A DNA stretch of 63,855 nt, counting the filler. It is 4 parts of 4 records of this genome, joined end to end, with 100 filler letters (N's around TTAATTAATTAA, not from the genome) between each part and the next. Parts side by side here need not be neighbours in the genome. Positions count along the whole stretch, not along the records: positions 45,614 to 55,718 come from DRR378314_930; positions 55,819 to 63,855 come from DRR378314_952; 2 more parts are not named here. One strand, written 5' to 3'. Under the pieces are notes generated by a model that ran no database searches, was not told the DNA's origin, and saw only the letters and a program-made list of their open reading frames with translations. Shown here piece by piece: positions 48,807-58,038 of the stretch. The stretch's first letter is position 1. The number at the start of each line of letters is the position of its first letter. A program made the translations under genes and the position numbers.

Positions 48807-48860
48807 GTTCAGCGATCCACCAGGTCAGGGGAGAGGCGAAAGGGATCATGCAAGCTGTGA

Positions 48861-49649
48861 TCAGACATGGCCAATCGCCTTTAGGAAATCACCAAGCACG
48901 GTTGCAAATTCCACCGGCTGTTCGACGCAGGGCAGATGGCCGGCCTTGCGGATCAAGTGGAATTTCGAACCGGGGATCAGGTCAACCGTTTCGCGCACCA
49001 GATCGGGCGGGGTTGATCCATCTTCGGTCCCGGCAATGCCCAGCGTCGGCAGGCGCAGGGTGGCGGTGGGGGTGTATAAATCCGTACCGGAAATCGCGGC
49101 GGAACAGCCCGCATAGCCTGCGTCTTCGCCGCGTACCAGCATGTTGCGCCACAGCTCCAGCTCGGGCGTTTTGCGGAAATCAGCCGAGAACCAGCGCTCC
49201 ATCACCGCATCGGCCAGCGCCTCAACGCCGCCCGACCGCACTGCGGCGATCCTTTCCTCCCACATGGCGGGGGTGCCAATTTTAGCAGCGGTATTGGACA
49301 GCACCATAGCCCGCATCAGATCCAGCCGTTTGACGGCCAGCCCCTGCGCGATCATGCCGCCAATCGACAGGCCGACAAAAACACAATCCCTGACCTCCAG
49401 ATGGTCGAGCAGACGTTCCACATCAGTGACCAGCGCGCCCATGGAATAAGGACCATCCGGGCAAGAGGACAACCCGTGCCCGCGTTTGTCATAGCGGATG
49501 ATGCGCAGGCCGGCAGGCAACATTGGCAGGATCGGATCCCACAGCCGCATGTCCGTGCCCAGAGAGTTGGAAAAGACCACGGTGGGCCCGTCCTCAGGCC
49601 CGTCAATGCGGTAGTGCAGGCGCACATCGCCGGTATCAAACATCTTCAT
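48861..49649 (-). CDS. pcaD: 3-oxoadipate enol-lactonase
   Basis: VFSNSLGTDMRLWD, RYDKRGHGLS, GLSIGG nucleophile elbow, AGHLPCVEQP. Confidence 0.88.
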   Translation of the reverse strand: MKMFDTGDVRLHYRIDGPEDGPTVVFSNSLGTDMRLWDPILPMLPAGLRIIRYDKRGHGLSSCPDGPYSMGALVTDVERLLDHLEVRDCVFVGLSIGGMIAQGLAVKRLDLMRAMVLSNTAAKIGTPAMWEERIAAVRSGGVEALADAVMERWFSADFRKTPELELWRNMLVRGEDAGYAGCSAAISGTDLYTPTATLRLPTLGIAGTEDGSTPPDLVRETVDLIPGSKFHLIRKAGHLPCVEQPVEFATVLGDFLKAIGHV

Positions 49650-50845
49650 CGGATGGCCTTTCGCAGTTGCATGGTTGCCATGATCTGACCGTGATCAGAG
49701 GCCAGCTTATTATAGGGTGCTTCCGGGTGGCTGCCATCGGTCAGATGGTCGTTGAGGACGGAAAAATACGACATCTCACCGATATGGCCAGACCAATCCG
49801 GGATGAAATGCCGCGACATCAGGATCTGATCAATGCTTTCGTAGATGCCGCCAAAGGCTGATGTATAGACCATGTCACGCAGGGATTTCTTGACAAACAA
49901 CCGTTCGGCGGAATGCAGGCGGAGGCTTTCGATGTCCTCAGTGATCTGCGCATTTTCCGCTTCTGAATAGCGATCGCCGCGATGCTCTGCATCATGGCGC
50001 AGCATCCATGCGTAGTTTTTGAACGGCACCTCGCCGGTGATGATTTCAGAGCTGACCGCGTTTTCGCTGTCGTTCAGATCACCCAGTACCATCACAGGAC
50101 GCCCTTGGCGCAATTCGCCGATGATCGCCCCGCGCAGCACCCAAGCCTCTGCCATGCGGCGCATCGCGGCGCGTGCCGCGCCAAGCGCACGGCCCACGGG
50201 ATCATAGTTGGTCAGGTCAGACTCGCTGGCGAACTCCGCGCCTTCCGGTCGGATAAATTCGCCCAGCTTTGATTTCAGGTGGCAGTTGAACACGGTGACG
50301 GTCTGATCGCCCACAGGCACCCGCACCTTGAGGATCGGGCGGCTGAGTTTCTGAATGGTGAAAAAACCCCCTTCATCGCCGCCGAAGGTTTGAAAGGGTA
50401 TCTTGAAGGGTGTGCCCAGATCCTGAATGATTTCAGGCTCTTCGGCAAAGCCAAACCGTGACAGGATAGCGACACCGGGGCGGCGGCTGCCCGGCGCGCC
50501 GTCATGGATATTGGGTGCAAAGGCAAGGGCGGCATCCGTGTAGGCCCCATAGCTCAGATGCTGGAAAATTGCGCGTTTGCGGTAGCGTTTGTCAGGGCCG
50601 GGTATAGCCTGAGCGTTGCTGGTTTCCCCGTAGCTATCGGCGCGGGCGATGGTATCGCGCAGGGCGCTTTCCTCAAATACTTCCTGAAAGCCAATGATAT
50701 CGGCGTTCATGGTAACCAGTTGATCCGCCAGCCAGTCTTCTTTCCATGCGTATTCTTCTGGGGTGTAGGATTGGAACCTGTAATATTCCTTATCCGCCCC
50801 GATCAGATTTTTGACGTTGAAACTGGCGATGGTGAAGTCGGTCAT
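49646..50845 (-). CDS. Endonuclease/exonuclease/phosphatase (EEP) family protein
   Basis: ASFNVKNL, DIIGFQE, NCHLKSK, VLGDLND, IDQILMS and ASDH motifs. Confidence 0.9.
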   Translation of the reverse strand: MTDFTIASFNVKNLIGADKEYYRFQSYTPEEYAWKEDWLADQLVTMNADIIGFQEVFEESALRDTIARADSYGETSNAQAIPGPDKRYRKRAIFQHLSYGAYTDAALAFAPNIHDGAPGSRRPGVAILSRFGFAEEPEIIQDLGTPFKIPFQTFGGDEGGFFTIQKLSRPILKVRVPVGDQTVTVFNCHLKSKLGEFIRPEGAEFASESDLTNYDPVGRALGAARAAMRRMAEAWVLRGAIIGELRQGRPVMVLGDLNDSENAVSSEIITGEVPFKNYAWMLRHDAEHRGDRYSEAENAQITEDIESLRLHSAERLFVKKSLRDMVYTSAFGGIYESIDQILMSRHFIPDWSGHIGEMSYFSVLNDHLTDGSHPEAPYNKLASDHGQIMATMQLRKAIR

Positions 50846-51813
50846 GTCAGGGTTTCCAGTGCGCGGGTAAACATCGATGCATCCACGTTACCGCCGGACA
50901 CGGTGACGATTACATCATCGCCCTCGATCTGGTCCGCATGAAACAGGGCTGCCGCAAGGGCAACGGCACCGCCGGGTTCGACAACGATCTTCAGTCGGTT
51001 CCAGGCATGGGCCATGGCGCGCAGCGCTTCATCCTCGGTGACCACCAGCCCGGGACCACACAGCCGTTGCATGATCGGAAAGGTGATATCCCCCGGTTGC
51101 GGGGTGATGATGGCATCACAGATATTGCCGGAAAGCTGCGCATTGCGCTGGATCTCGCCGGTTTCAAGCGAGCGGGTCACGTCTTCAAACCCTTTGGGTT
51201 CCGCTGGACGCACCCGCAGGCCGGGCGCATCAGCTTCAAGCGCCAAGGCAATGCCAGAGGTCAGCCCGCCCCCCCCGCAACAGACAATAACATCTGCGTT
51301 TTCAATGCCCTGTTCGCCAGCTTGGGCGGCGATCTCAAGCCCGCAGCTGCCTTGCCCGGCAATCACCTGTGGTTCGTCGAAAGGTTTGATCAGGGTCAGG
51401 CCACGTTCTTCGCTCAACTGTTCGCCAATGGCATCGCGATCTTCGGTGGCCCGATCATAGGTGATGACCTCAGCACCATATGCGCGTGTATTGGCAAGCT
51501 TCAGCGCAGGGCTGTCGGCGGGCATCACGATGGCGGCGGATACCCCGTGTTTCTTTGCCGCCAGCGCCACGCCTTGCGCATGGTTGCCGCTTGAGAACGC
51601 GATGACCCCTTTGGCACGGGTCGCCGGATAAAGCGCCGAAAGCGCCGACCATGCGCCGCGAAACTTGAAGCTGCCGGTATGTTGCAGACATTCCGCCTTG
51701 ACCCAGATGCGCCGACCCGCGATCTCGTCCAGAAACGGCGCGTTCAGCAGTGGTGTGCGCCGCGCGTGGCCTTCAAGCCGTTTGGCAGCGGCGCGGATCA
51801 TATCGATGTTCAT
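50842..51813 (-). CDS. PLP-dependent threonine/serine dehydratase family protein (no ACT domain)
   Basis: KAECLQHTGSFKFRGA (PLP Lys), SSGNHAQG, CGGGGL and SGGN. Start 51813 chosen from the ATGA overlap with the upstream gene. Confidence 0.9.
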   Translation of the reverse strand: MNIDMIRAAAKRLEGHARRTPLLNAPFLDEIAGRRIWVKAECLQHTGSFKFRGAWSALSALYPATRAKGVIAFSSGNHAQGVALAAKKHGVSAAIVMPADSPALKLANTRAYGAEVITYDRATEDRDAIGEQLSEERGLTLIKPFDEPQVIAGQGSCGLEIAAQAGEQGIENADVIVCCGGGGLTSGIALALEADAPGLRVRPAEPKGFEDVTRSLETGEIQRNAQLSGNICDAIITPQPGDITFPIMQRLCGPGLVVTEDEALRAMAHAWNRLKIVVEPGGAVALAAALFHADQIEGDDVIVTVSGGNVDASMFTRALETLT

Positions 51814-52634
51814 TGCATTTCTCCGATCCATTTATGCAGGGCGGCAACAGCCTGTGGTTCATCCAGAAACGGCACATGGCCCCGTCCGGGAACCGAACCG
51901 AGGATCATGTCAGGACGGCGCGATTGCATTTCACGCACAGTTGTTTCGCTCAGCAGGTTTGACCCTTCGCCCCAGATACAGGCCAGCGGCACCCCCTCCA
52001 GGGCATCAAAAAACGGCCAAAGATCGACCGCAGGTCCCTCCATTGCCGCCAGTACAGCATCGCGCAGATGCGGATCATAGGTGATGGCCAGACCCGTATC
52101 GGTTTTTGTGTAATGTTTCACGGCCTCTTCCATCCAGCGGCTGTCCGGCACATCGTGAAACTCGGGAAAGGCACGGGCCATGGCAGCCGCCGCATCGGCG
52201 TGGGTTTTTGCAGCGGGGGGGCGTCCGATGTAGTGGCGGATCATATCCAGCCCCGCCGGTTCGATCACCGGACCGACGTCATTCAGGGCGACACCCAGCA
52301 GATGATCCTTGGCCGCACCGGCCAGCCCCATGGCGTTCAGCCCACCGCGTGAGGTGCCCAGCACCGCCACCTTGTTCAGTCCCAGATGCGCCAGCAGTTC
52401 CAGCACGTCACGGCATTCGATGGGCAAGGCATAATTGTGCCAGTCGGGATCAAAATCTGATTGCCCCCGCCCGCGATAGTCCATCTTGATCAAACGGTTA
52501 CCGGCTAGATGAGGTGTCACATAGTCAAAGTCCGCGCTGGTGCGTGTCAAACCGGCCAGACAAAGGATCGGCAGGCCGGTCCCATCATCGGTAAAATGGA
52601 TCGACAGCCCGTCAGAGGTGGTGAACCGCGCCAT
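51810..52634 (-). CDS. Alpha/beta fold hydrolase
   Basis: DYRGRGQS, GTSRGG nucleophile motif, GRGHVPFL. Confidence 0.9.
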   Translation of the reverse strand: MARFTTSDGLSIHFTDDGTGLPILCLAGLTRTSADFDYVTPHLAGNRLIKMDYRGRGQSDFDPDWHNYALPIECRDVLELLAHLGLNKVAVLGTSRGGLNAMGLAGAAKDHLLGVALNDVGPVIEPAGLDMIRHYIGRPPAAKTHADAAAAMARAFPEFHDVPDSRWMEEAVKHYTKTDTGLAITYDPHLRDAVLAAMEGPAVDLWPFFDALEGVPLACIWGEGSNLLSETTVREMQSRRPDMILGSVPGRGHVPFLDEPQAVAALHKWIGEMQ

Positions 52635-53320
52635 CAGACACCCGCCAGTGCCGGGACGCCGGTCAGATCTGTCAACACATGTGCGGGCGACCAGGGCAGG
52701 CGGTCCATCGGATCGCCCGCGCGGTTGACCCAGGCCGTGGTAAACCCGTAGCCCGTGGCCGCCGCCGCATCCCAGCCGTTGGAGGACACAAACAACACCT
52801 CTGATTTGTCACAACCAAAGTGTCCGCTTACAAGATCGTAAACCCGTGCATCCGGCTTGAAGATGCCCACAGTTTGGACCGAAAGGGACACATCAAGCAC
52901 CCCTTCGATCCCGGCAGAGCGTACCGCTCCTTCAAGCATCTCGGGCGAGCCGTTCGACAGGATCGCGGTGTTTAATCCGGCGGCTTTCAACCGGGTCAGC
53001 ATCTCGGGCACTTCGCGGTAAGCCTGCAAGTCCCAATACAGCGCCAGCAGCCGTTCACGCAGCTCCAGGTCACCGGCATGGCCCGTTTTCTCCAATGCCC
53101 AGTCCAGACCGTTTTCGGTGACTTCCCAGAAATCCGTATGTGCCCCCGTGACGGCCCGCAGCCAGGAATAGGACAGCTGCTTTTGCCGCCAATGTTCTGC
53201 CAGCGCCATCCAGTCCTCTTTTATTGCGGCGAAATCCGGCTCTGCCGCAGCTTGCCGGGCAGCGGCCCCAACGTCGAACAAAGTGCCATAGGCATCAAAA
53301 ACACATGTGGTGATGGGCAT
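52634..53320 (-). CDS. Haloacid dehalogenase type II (L-2-haloacid dehalogenase-like)
   Basis: VFDAYGTLFD, LSNG, KPDARVY, VSSNGWDA and AWVNR motifs. Confidence 0.92.
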   Translation of the reverse strand: MPITTCVFDAYGTLFDVGAAARQAAAEPDFAAIKEDWMALAEHWRQKQLSYSWLRAVTGAHTDFWEVTENGLDWALEKTGHAGDLELRERLLALYWDLQAYREVPEMLTRLKAAGLNTAILSNGSPEMLEGAVRSAGIEGVLDVSLSVQTVGIFKPDARVYDLVSGHFGCDKSEVLFVSSNGWDAAAATGYGFTTAWVNRAGDPMDRLPWSPAHVLTDLTGVPALAGV

Positions 53321-53513
53321 GGGGGGCCTTTCCTAATTTCACCTCAGATTGTCACGGCCAGCCGGTATGAAAAACCCCCGAAATTGTACCAAACAGCCCT
53401 GCAATAAGCGGCGGGGTTTACATCATGCGGGGGCTTTGACAGGTTGCGCCCCAAACCGGAGCACCTGCGCAGATACGTGGCCTCCTTTCATTCCCCAAAT
53501 TTCGGAGACACCA

Positions 53514-53945
53514 ATGACTGAAGTTAAATCAGGCGATACTGTTGCTATTCATTATACCGGCACCTTGCTGGACGGCACCACTTTTGACAGTTCCGAGGGG
53601 CGCGATCCGCTGGAATTTCAGGTTGGGTCCGGCCAGATCATTCCGGGTCTTGACGTTGCCCTGCCGGGCATGAGTGTGGGTGACAAGAAAACCGTCCAGA
53701 TCGCCTGCGCCGATGCTTACGGCCCGCTGAACCCTGAAATGCGACAGGCGATCCCGCGCGAAGGTATTCCGGCGGATCTGGCCATCGAAGTGGGCACAAC
53801 GCTGGAAATGCAAACGCCGGACGGTCAGGCGATGCCGGTGATGGTGGTGGAGTTGGACGAGGCAACAGTGACCCTTGACGCAAATCACCCGCTGGCGGGC
53901 AAGGATCTACAGTTCGATATCGAATTGATGTCGATTGCGGGATAA
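53514..53945 (+). CDS. FKBP-type peptidyl-prolyl cis-trans isomerase (SlyD/SlpA-like, no His-rich tail)
   Basis: HYTGTLLDGTTFDSS, GQIIPGL and DANHPLAGKDL. GGAGA RBS lies before ATG 53514. Confidence 0.93.
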   Translation: MTEVKSGDTVAIHYTGTLLDGTTFDSSEGRDPLEFQVGSGQIIPGLDVALPGMSVGDKKTVQIACADAYGPLNPEMRQAIPREGIPADLAIEVGTTLEMQTPDGQAMPVMVVELDEATVTLDANHPLAGKDLQFDIELMSIAG

Positions 53946-53955
53946 CCGCGTTTCG

Positions 53956-53978
53956 GGTCCGGCCGTTCAGGCTGGGCC
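53956..53978. terminator. Possible hairpin terminator between convergent genes
   Basis: GGTCCGGCC-GTTCA-GGCTGGGCC stem with G-U pairs. The U-tract is weak. Confidence 0.3.
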
Positions 53979-54413
53979 TTAACCCCCGTTCAGTCTGTGA
54001 CTGGAGAGGTTGTTCTGCAGCTCCTGTGCAACGGCCCGCATGTCAATCTGCGCCGGGGGCTGGGCCAGTGCGGCACCGGGGCGGTTGACCTTGATCCGAT
54101 CACGTATCCCCGTGCTGTTGGCAGGGGCAGGGGCAGGCGTACGGGCGGACATGGCTTGAAATCCGTCTTGGAACCTTTCTGGCAGATCAGGCGTGGCGGC
54201 GGGTACAGACCGGCCCGTCACCTGCATCGCCCCCGCCATGGCCGCAGAGATCAAGGCGCGGCGCAGCTGCGGTTCGGTGCGCAGGGTCACGGCAATCGTC
54301 AACATAAGGACAAGGCTGACCACCTTGCCCCAGAACCGCGCCCGCTGGGCACGTGTACGGCGCTGCTCAAGCACCTCATTGGCATATATCTCGCGAAAGC
54401 TCATGGGCGGCAT
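53979..54413 (-). CDS. Hypothetical single-pass membrane protein
   Basis: 144-aa ORF with one hydrophobic segment (FWGKVVSLVLMLTIAVTL) and a Pro/Ala-rich C-terminus. Alternative start 54404. Confidence 0.65.
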   Translation of the reverse strand: MPPMSFREIYANEVLEQRRTRAQRARFWGKVVSLVLMLTIAVTLRTEPQLRRALISAAMAGAMQVTGRSVPAATPDLPERFQDGFQAMSARTPAPAPANSTGIRDRIKVNRPGAALAQPPAQIDMRAVAQELQNNLSSHRLNGG

Positions 54414-54526
54414 TTAGCGGGGGATGCTGGCAAAATCGTGACCGTTTCACAAAATCTGTGACCTTTAGAGAGCTTCGCCACAAAACGGCGCTTCTGCCTG
54501 TCGATCATTGCCTCTAAAGAGGACAG

Positions 54527-55642
54527 ATGAACACCCCTGATCCCTTTGAGATATTTCTCGTTTGCGCCCCCGGTCTGGAACCGGTCCTGTTGGAAGAAGT
54601 CATCGAGCAGGGCTTCACCACCCCCCTTGCTGGTCCCGGCGGTGTGACGGTGATGGGCCATTGGCCGGACGTCTGGCGCGCCAACCTGAACCTGCGCGGC
54701 GCGGTGCGCGTGTTGGCGCGGGTCGGCTCTTTCATGGCCTTCCATCTGGCCCAGCTGGACAAACGCGCGCGCAAGTTTGACTGGGGCGCGGTGCTGCGCG
54801 CGGATACACCGGTGCGTGTGCAAGTGACATGCAAAGCCTCCAAGATCTACCACGCCAAGGCGGCATCGGAACGCATTGAACGAGCCCTGGTCGAGAGCCA
54901 TGGCATCACCCTGTCGCCAGAGGCCGAGATGGTGGTGAAGGTGCGTATCCACGACAATCAGGTGTCCATCAGTCTGGATACCACAGGCGAGGCGCTGCAT
55001 GTGCGCGGCCATAAAGAAGCGGTTGGGAAAGCGCCAATGCGCGAGAACCTGGCGGCACTGATGCTGCGTCAATGTGGCTACACCGGTAGGGAACCACTGG
55101 TCGATCCGATGTGTGGCTCGGGGACCTTTGTGATCGAAGCCGCCGAAATTGCCGCCGGTCTGCAACCGGGGCGCAGCCGCAGCTTTGCCTTTGAAAAACT
55201 GGCCTCTTTTGATCCGGTGGCTTTCGAAACACTGCGGGCCACAGGGGCGCAAAGCCAACCGCTTGCAATGTTCTTTGGTTCTGACCGCGATGCTGGGGCG
55301 GTGCGCAATGCCACGGCCAATGCGGTGCGGGCAGGGGTGGCTGATTGCACCACCTTTACCTGCCACGGCGCTGCCGAGGTCCGCCCGCCCGAAGGTCCTG
55401 CCGGATTGGTCATGGTGAACCCGCCCTATGGTGGGCGGATCGGTAATAAGAAACTGCTCTATGCGCTTTACGGCTCTTTTGGCGCGACGATGCTGGCCCA
55501 CTTCAAAGGCTGGCGTGTGGGGCTGGTGACATCCGAACCGGCACTGGCCAAGGCCACTGGCCTGCCATGGAAACCTCTGGGCCCGCCGATTGCCCATGGC
55601 GGCATGAAGATCTGGCTCTGGCAGACTCCGCCGCTGCGCTGA
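54527..55642 (+). CDS. THUMP-domain class I SAM RNA methyltransferase (RlmL-like m2G)
   Basis: DTTGEALHVRG, APMRENLAA, DPMCGSGTF and NPPYG. GAGGA RBS. Confidence 0.9.
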   Translation: MNTPDPFEIFLVCAPGLEPVLLEEVIEQGFTTPLAGPGGVTVMGHWPDVWRANLNLRGAVRVLARVGSFMAFHLAQLDKRARKFDWGAVLRADTPVRVQVTCKASKIYHAKAASERIERALVESHGITLSPEAEMVVKVRIHDNQVSISLDTTGEALHVRGHKEAVGKAPMRENLAALMLRQCGYTGREPLVDPMCGSGTFVIEAAEIAAGLQPGRSRSFAFEKLASFDPVAFETLRATGAQSQPLAMFFGSDRDAGAVRNATANAVRAGVADCTTFTCHGAAEVRPPEGPAGLVMVNPPYGGRIGNKKLLYALYGSFGATMLAHFKGWRVGLVTSEPALAKATGLPWKPLGPPIAHGGMKIWLWQTPPLR

Positions 55643-55718
55643 ACCTTGTTTCAAAGCCTGCCAGAAGAAGGTGCGCCACCACGCCTCTCCTCTTTTTGGC
55701 CCTATATACTGTCCGCAC

Positions 55719-55818
55719 NNNNNNNNNNNNNNNNNNNNNNNNNNNNNNNNNNNNNNNNNNNNTTAATTAATTAANNNNNNNNNNNNNNNNNNNNNNNNNN
55801 NNNNNNNNNNNNNNNNNN
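55719..55818. other. Artificial contig linker
   Basis: N44-TTAATTAATTAA-N44. Confidence 0.99.
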
Positions 55819-55843
55819 GTGGCGTGGGCGGTGCAAGGTAACG

Positions 55844-57784
55844 TTATTCTGTGGGTTTGGCGACCAGCGAGCGGGTTTCCTCACGGGCTTCTGTTAGCGC
55901 AATGCGCAGGCTGTCGCCCAGCTTGTAGCGCTCTTCGCCTTCAATTTGAATGCGACCCTCTTTATCATCAATGACCACTTTATCGCGATCGCTGTGCATT
56001 AGCGGGGCGGGTACGAAGGCGGTAGCACCATTTTCCAGTAGGCGTACTCGCATACCACCACGGTTGATCGCCATGATCTCTGCGTCGAAGGCGTCTTGGT
56101 TTTGAGCCGCTGGCGTTAAGTAGCGAACGTAGAGCCAATCTTTTACGTCGCGTTCTGCCATACGGTTCAGGCGCCGCCGCTCGGTGAGTTGCTCGGTGAG
56201 CTGCTGGCTGGCTTCTGCCGGAGCCTGTTCACCTTTAAGCACTCGCTTGATCAAACGATGGTTGACCATATCGCCGTACTTACGAATTGGCGACGTCCAG
56301 GTGGCATAAGCCGGTAGCCCAAGACCAAAGTGCGGGCCAGGTTGAGCGGACATGCTGGTAAAGCCTTGGAAGCGGCGCAGACGCGCGTCCAGCCAGGCAT
56401 CATCACGGCTTTCCAGAGCGCGCTTTAGCTCTTTGTAGTGAGCCAGCTCAGTCAGCGCTTCCTGGGCGACCTCAATCTCCTGAGTTGCTAAGAACTCTTG
56501 AGCAGATTCGGCTTTTTCAGGCTCAAAAGCGCGGTGCACATTAAAGATACCGTGACCGATATGTTTGGCGAGGAAGTCCGCGCAGCAAGCGTTAGCGGCA
56601 ATCATCGACTCTTCAATCATACGGTTGGCAATGCGGCGATCTTCGGTGCGAATGCCTAAGACGTTGCCCGCGTCGTCCAGGTCGAAAACGTAATCAGGAC
56701 GATCTTTAAACACCAGCGCATGTTCGTTGCGCCAAGCGGTGCGCGCCTCAGTCAAATCGCGCAGTGCTTTCAGCTGTTCAGCGATATTGTCAGCGGGAGC
56801 CCACTCGCCTTGACCGTCAATCCAGTCGGAAACGCGGTCATAGACTAGTTTGGCGTGGGATTTTACGTTAGCCGCAAAAAAGCGGTAATCACCTAGGCTG
56901 CCGTCGGCATTAATGTCCAGCGAGCAGGCAAGGGCAGGGCGGTCCTGACCTTCCCATAGCGAGCAGAGGTCATCTGCCAGCTGTTCAGGCAACATCGTTA
57001 CATTTTGGCCGGGTAAGTAAACCGTAAAAGCACGGGTGCGCGCTTCAAGGTCGGCCGCATGGCCTTCTTCGACGTAGGCCGTTGGGTCAGCGATCGCAAC
57101 GCTTAGCCGCCAACCGCCGCTTTCCAGCGCTTCCACGTGTAGCGCGTCGTCCATATCGCGGGTTTTTTCGCCATCGATAGTAAAGAAGGGCTGCGCCGTG
57201 AGGTCTTCACGGGTTAACCCTTCATCATGCAGTGGCCACTCGGTACCTGCGTCCGGGCACTCTTGTTCCAGCGCATGGCGGGCAAGGGTGACGCGCCACG
57301 GAACGGCGGGGTCGTCGGCCTTAGCCACTAGCTCATCAATTTGCGTGAAGAAGCCGCGATCGTTCTCTTTCAGCGGGTGGCGTACCAGCCGCGCGACAAC
57401 CCAGTCGCCATCAGCAATGGTGGCTTCATCCAGGCTGTTCTTTATGCGCGCCTTCAGCACATTGCGAATCGACGGATGGTCGGGCACAACGGCTAAACGG
57501 TCTTCGCGCTTCTGAACACGGGCAACAAAGCGGTCAAGCCCAGCTTCGATCAGCTTCTCAGGCTCTACGGACTTTTTGTCGCCGTTTTCATGGATCACCG
57601 CCTCGACGCGATCGCCATGGAGTACTTGCTTCATGGCGGGGGGCGGCACGAAATAAGATTCACCGCTGTCGGTTTCAAGAAAACCGAAGCCTTTTTCGGT
57701 GGCTTTGATCACCCCTTCAGCGCGTGGAGTGGTGTCACGGATCTGTTGCTTGAGCTGGGCAAGCAATGAGTTGTTTTGCAGCAT
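55844..57784 (-). CDS. rnb: Exoribonuclease II
   Basis: MLQNNSLLAQLKQQI N-terminus, KGFGFL, catalytic TIDGEKTRDMDDA and TSPIRKYGD. Confidence 0.93.
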   Translation of the reverse strand: MLQNNSLLAQLKQQIRDTTPRAEGVIKATEKGFGFLETDSGESYFVPPPAMKQVLHGDRVEAVIHENGDKKSVEPEKLIEAGLDRFVARVQKREDRLAVVPDHPSIRNVLKARIKNSLDEATIADGDWVVARLVRHPLKENDRGFFTQIDELVAKADDPAVPWRVTLARHALEQECPDAGTEWPLHDEGLTREDLTAQPFFTIDGEKTRDMDDALHVEALESGGWRLSVAIADPTAYVEEGHAADLEARTRAFTVYLPGQNVTMLPEQLADDLCSLWEGQDRPALACSLDINADGSLGDYRFFAANVKSHAKLVYDRVSDWIDGQGEWAPADNIAEQLKALRDLTEARTAWRNEHALVFKDRPDYVFDLDDAGNVLGIRTEDRRIANRMIEESMIAANACCADFLAKHIGHGIFNVHRAFEPEKAESAQEFLATQEIEVAQEALTELAHYKELKRALESRDDAWLDARLRRFQGFTSMSAQPGPHFGLGLPAYATWTSPIRKYGDMVNHRLIKRVLKGEQAPAEASQQLTEQLTERRRLNRMAERDVKDWLYVRYLTPAAQNQDAFDAEIMAINRGGMRVRLLENGATAFVPAPLMHSDRDKVVIDDKEGRIQIEGEERYKLGDSLRIALTEAREETRSLVAKPTE

Positions 57785-57956
57785 GTGTTCAATCAGTTGG
57801 CGAGAGTAGCCTGCCACTATACGGATTCCCAAAGGCCGCGCCAATCGTGGTTACCCTGAAGTTCGCTTTGGCCCCGAACTATCAATGATCTGCGTTCAAT
57901 TATGTGCGCGCTTTATTGCCTTATTGGCCGGGCTGGACGCCACTATTCAACCATAG

Positions 57957-58018
57957 TTGTATCTAATTGGTATTTGATTGGTATCTCATTGGGTCTATAG
58001 TGGTATCTAATTGGTATG
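57957..58018 (+). promoter_or_regulatory. Operator array: six TGGTAT(T/C)-like direct repeats at 11-bp period overlapping a sigma70-like promoter
   Basis: ttgtatc-taat-tggtatt-tgat-tggtatc-tcat-tgggtct-atag-tggtatc-taat-tggtatg. TTGATT (57974-57979) and TATAGT (57996-58001) are 16 nt apart. The array lies directly upstream of the GntR gene. Confidence 0.75.
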
Positions 58019-58038
58019 GCCGCTACTGGTAGACACTC

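Noticed and set aside
30727..55818. Horizontal transfer of bacterial operons into the protist genome; repeated TTAATTAATTAA as a biological element
   Set aside because: All lineage switches coincide with identical N-flanked linkers, which are concatenation artefacts.
57957..58018. CRISPR array or iteron-type origin
   Set aside because: The unit is only 11 bp with no unique spacers and no cas or rep genes. Its position fits an operator.
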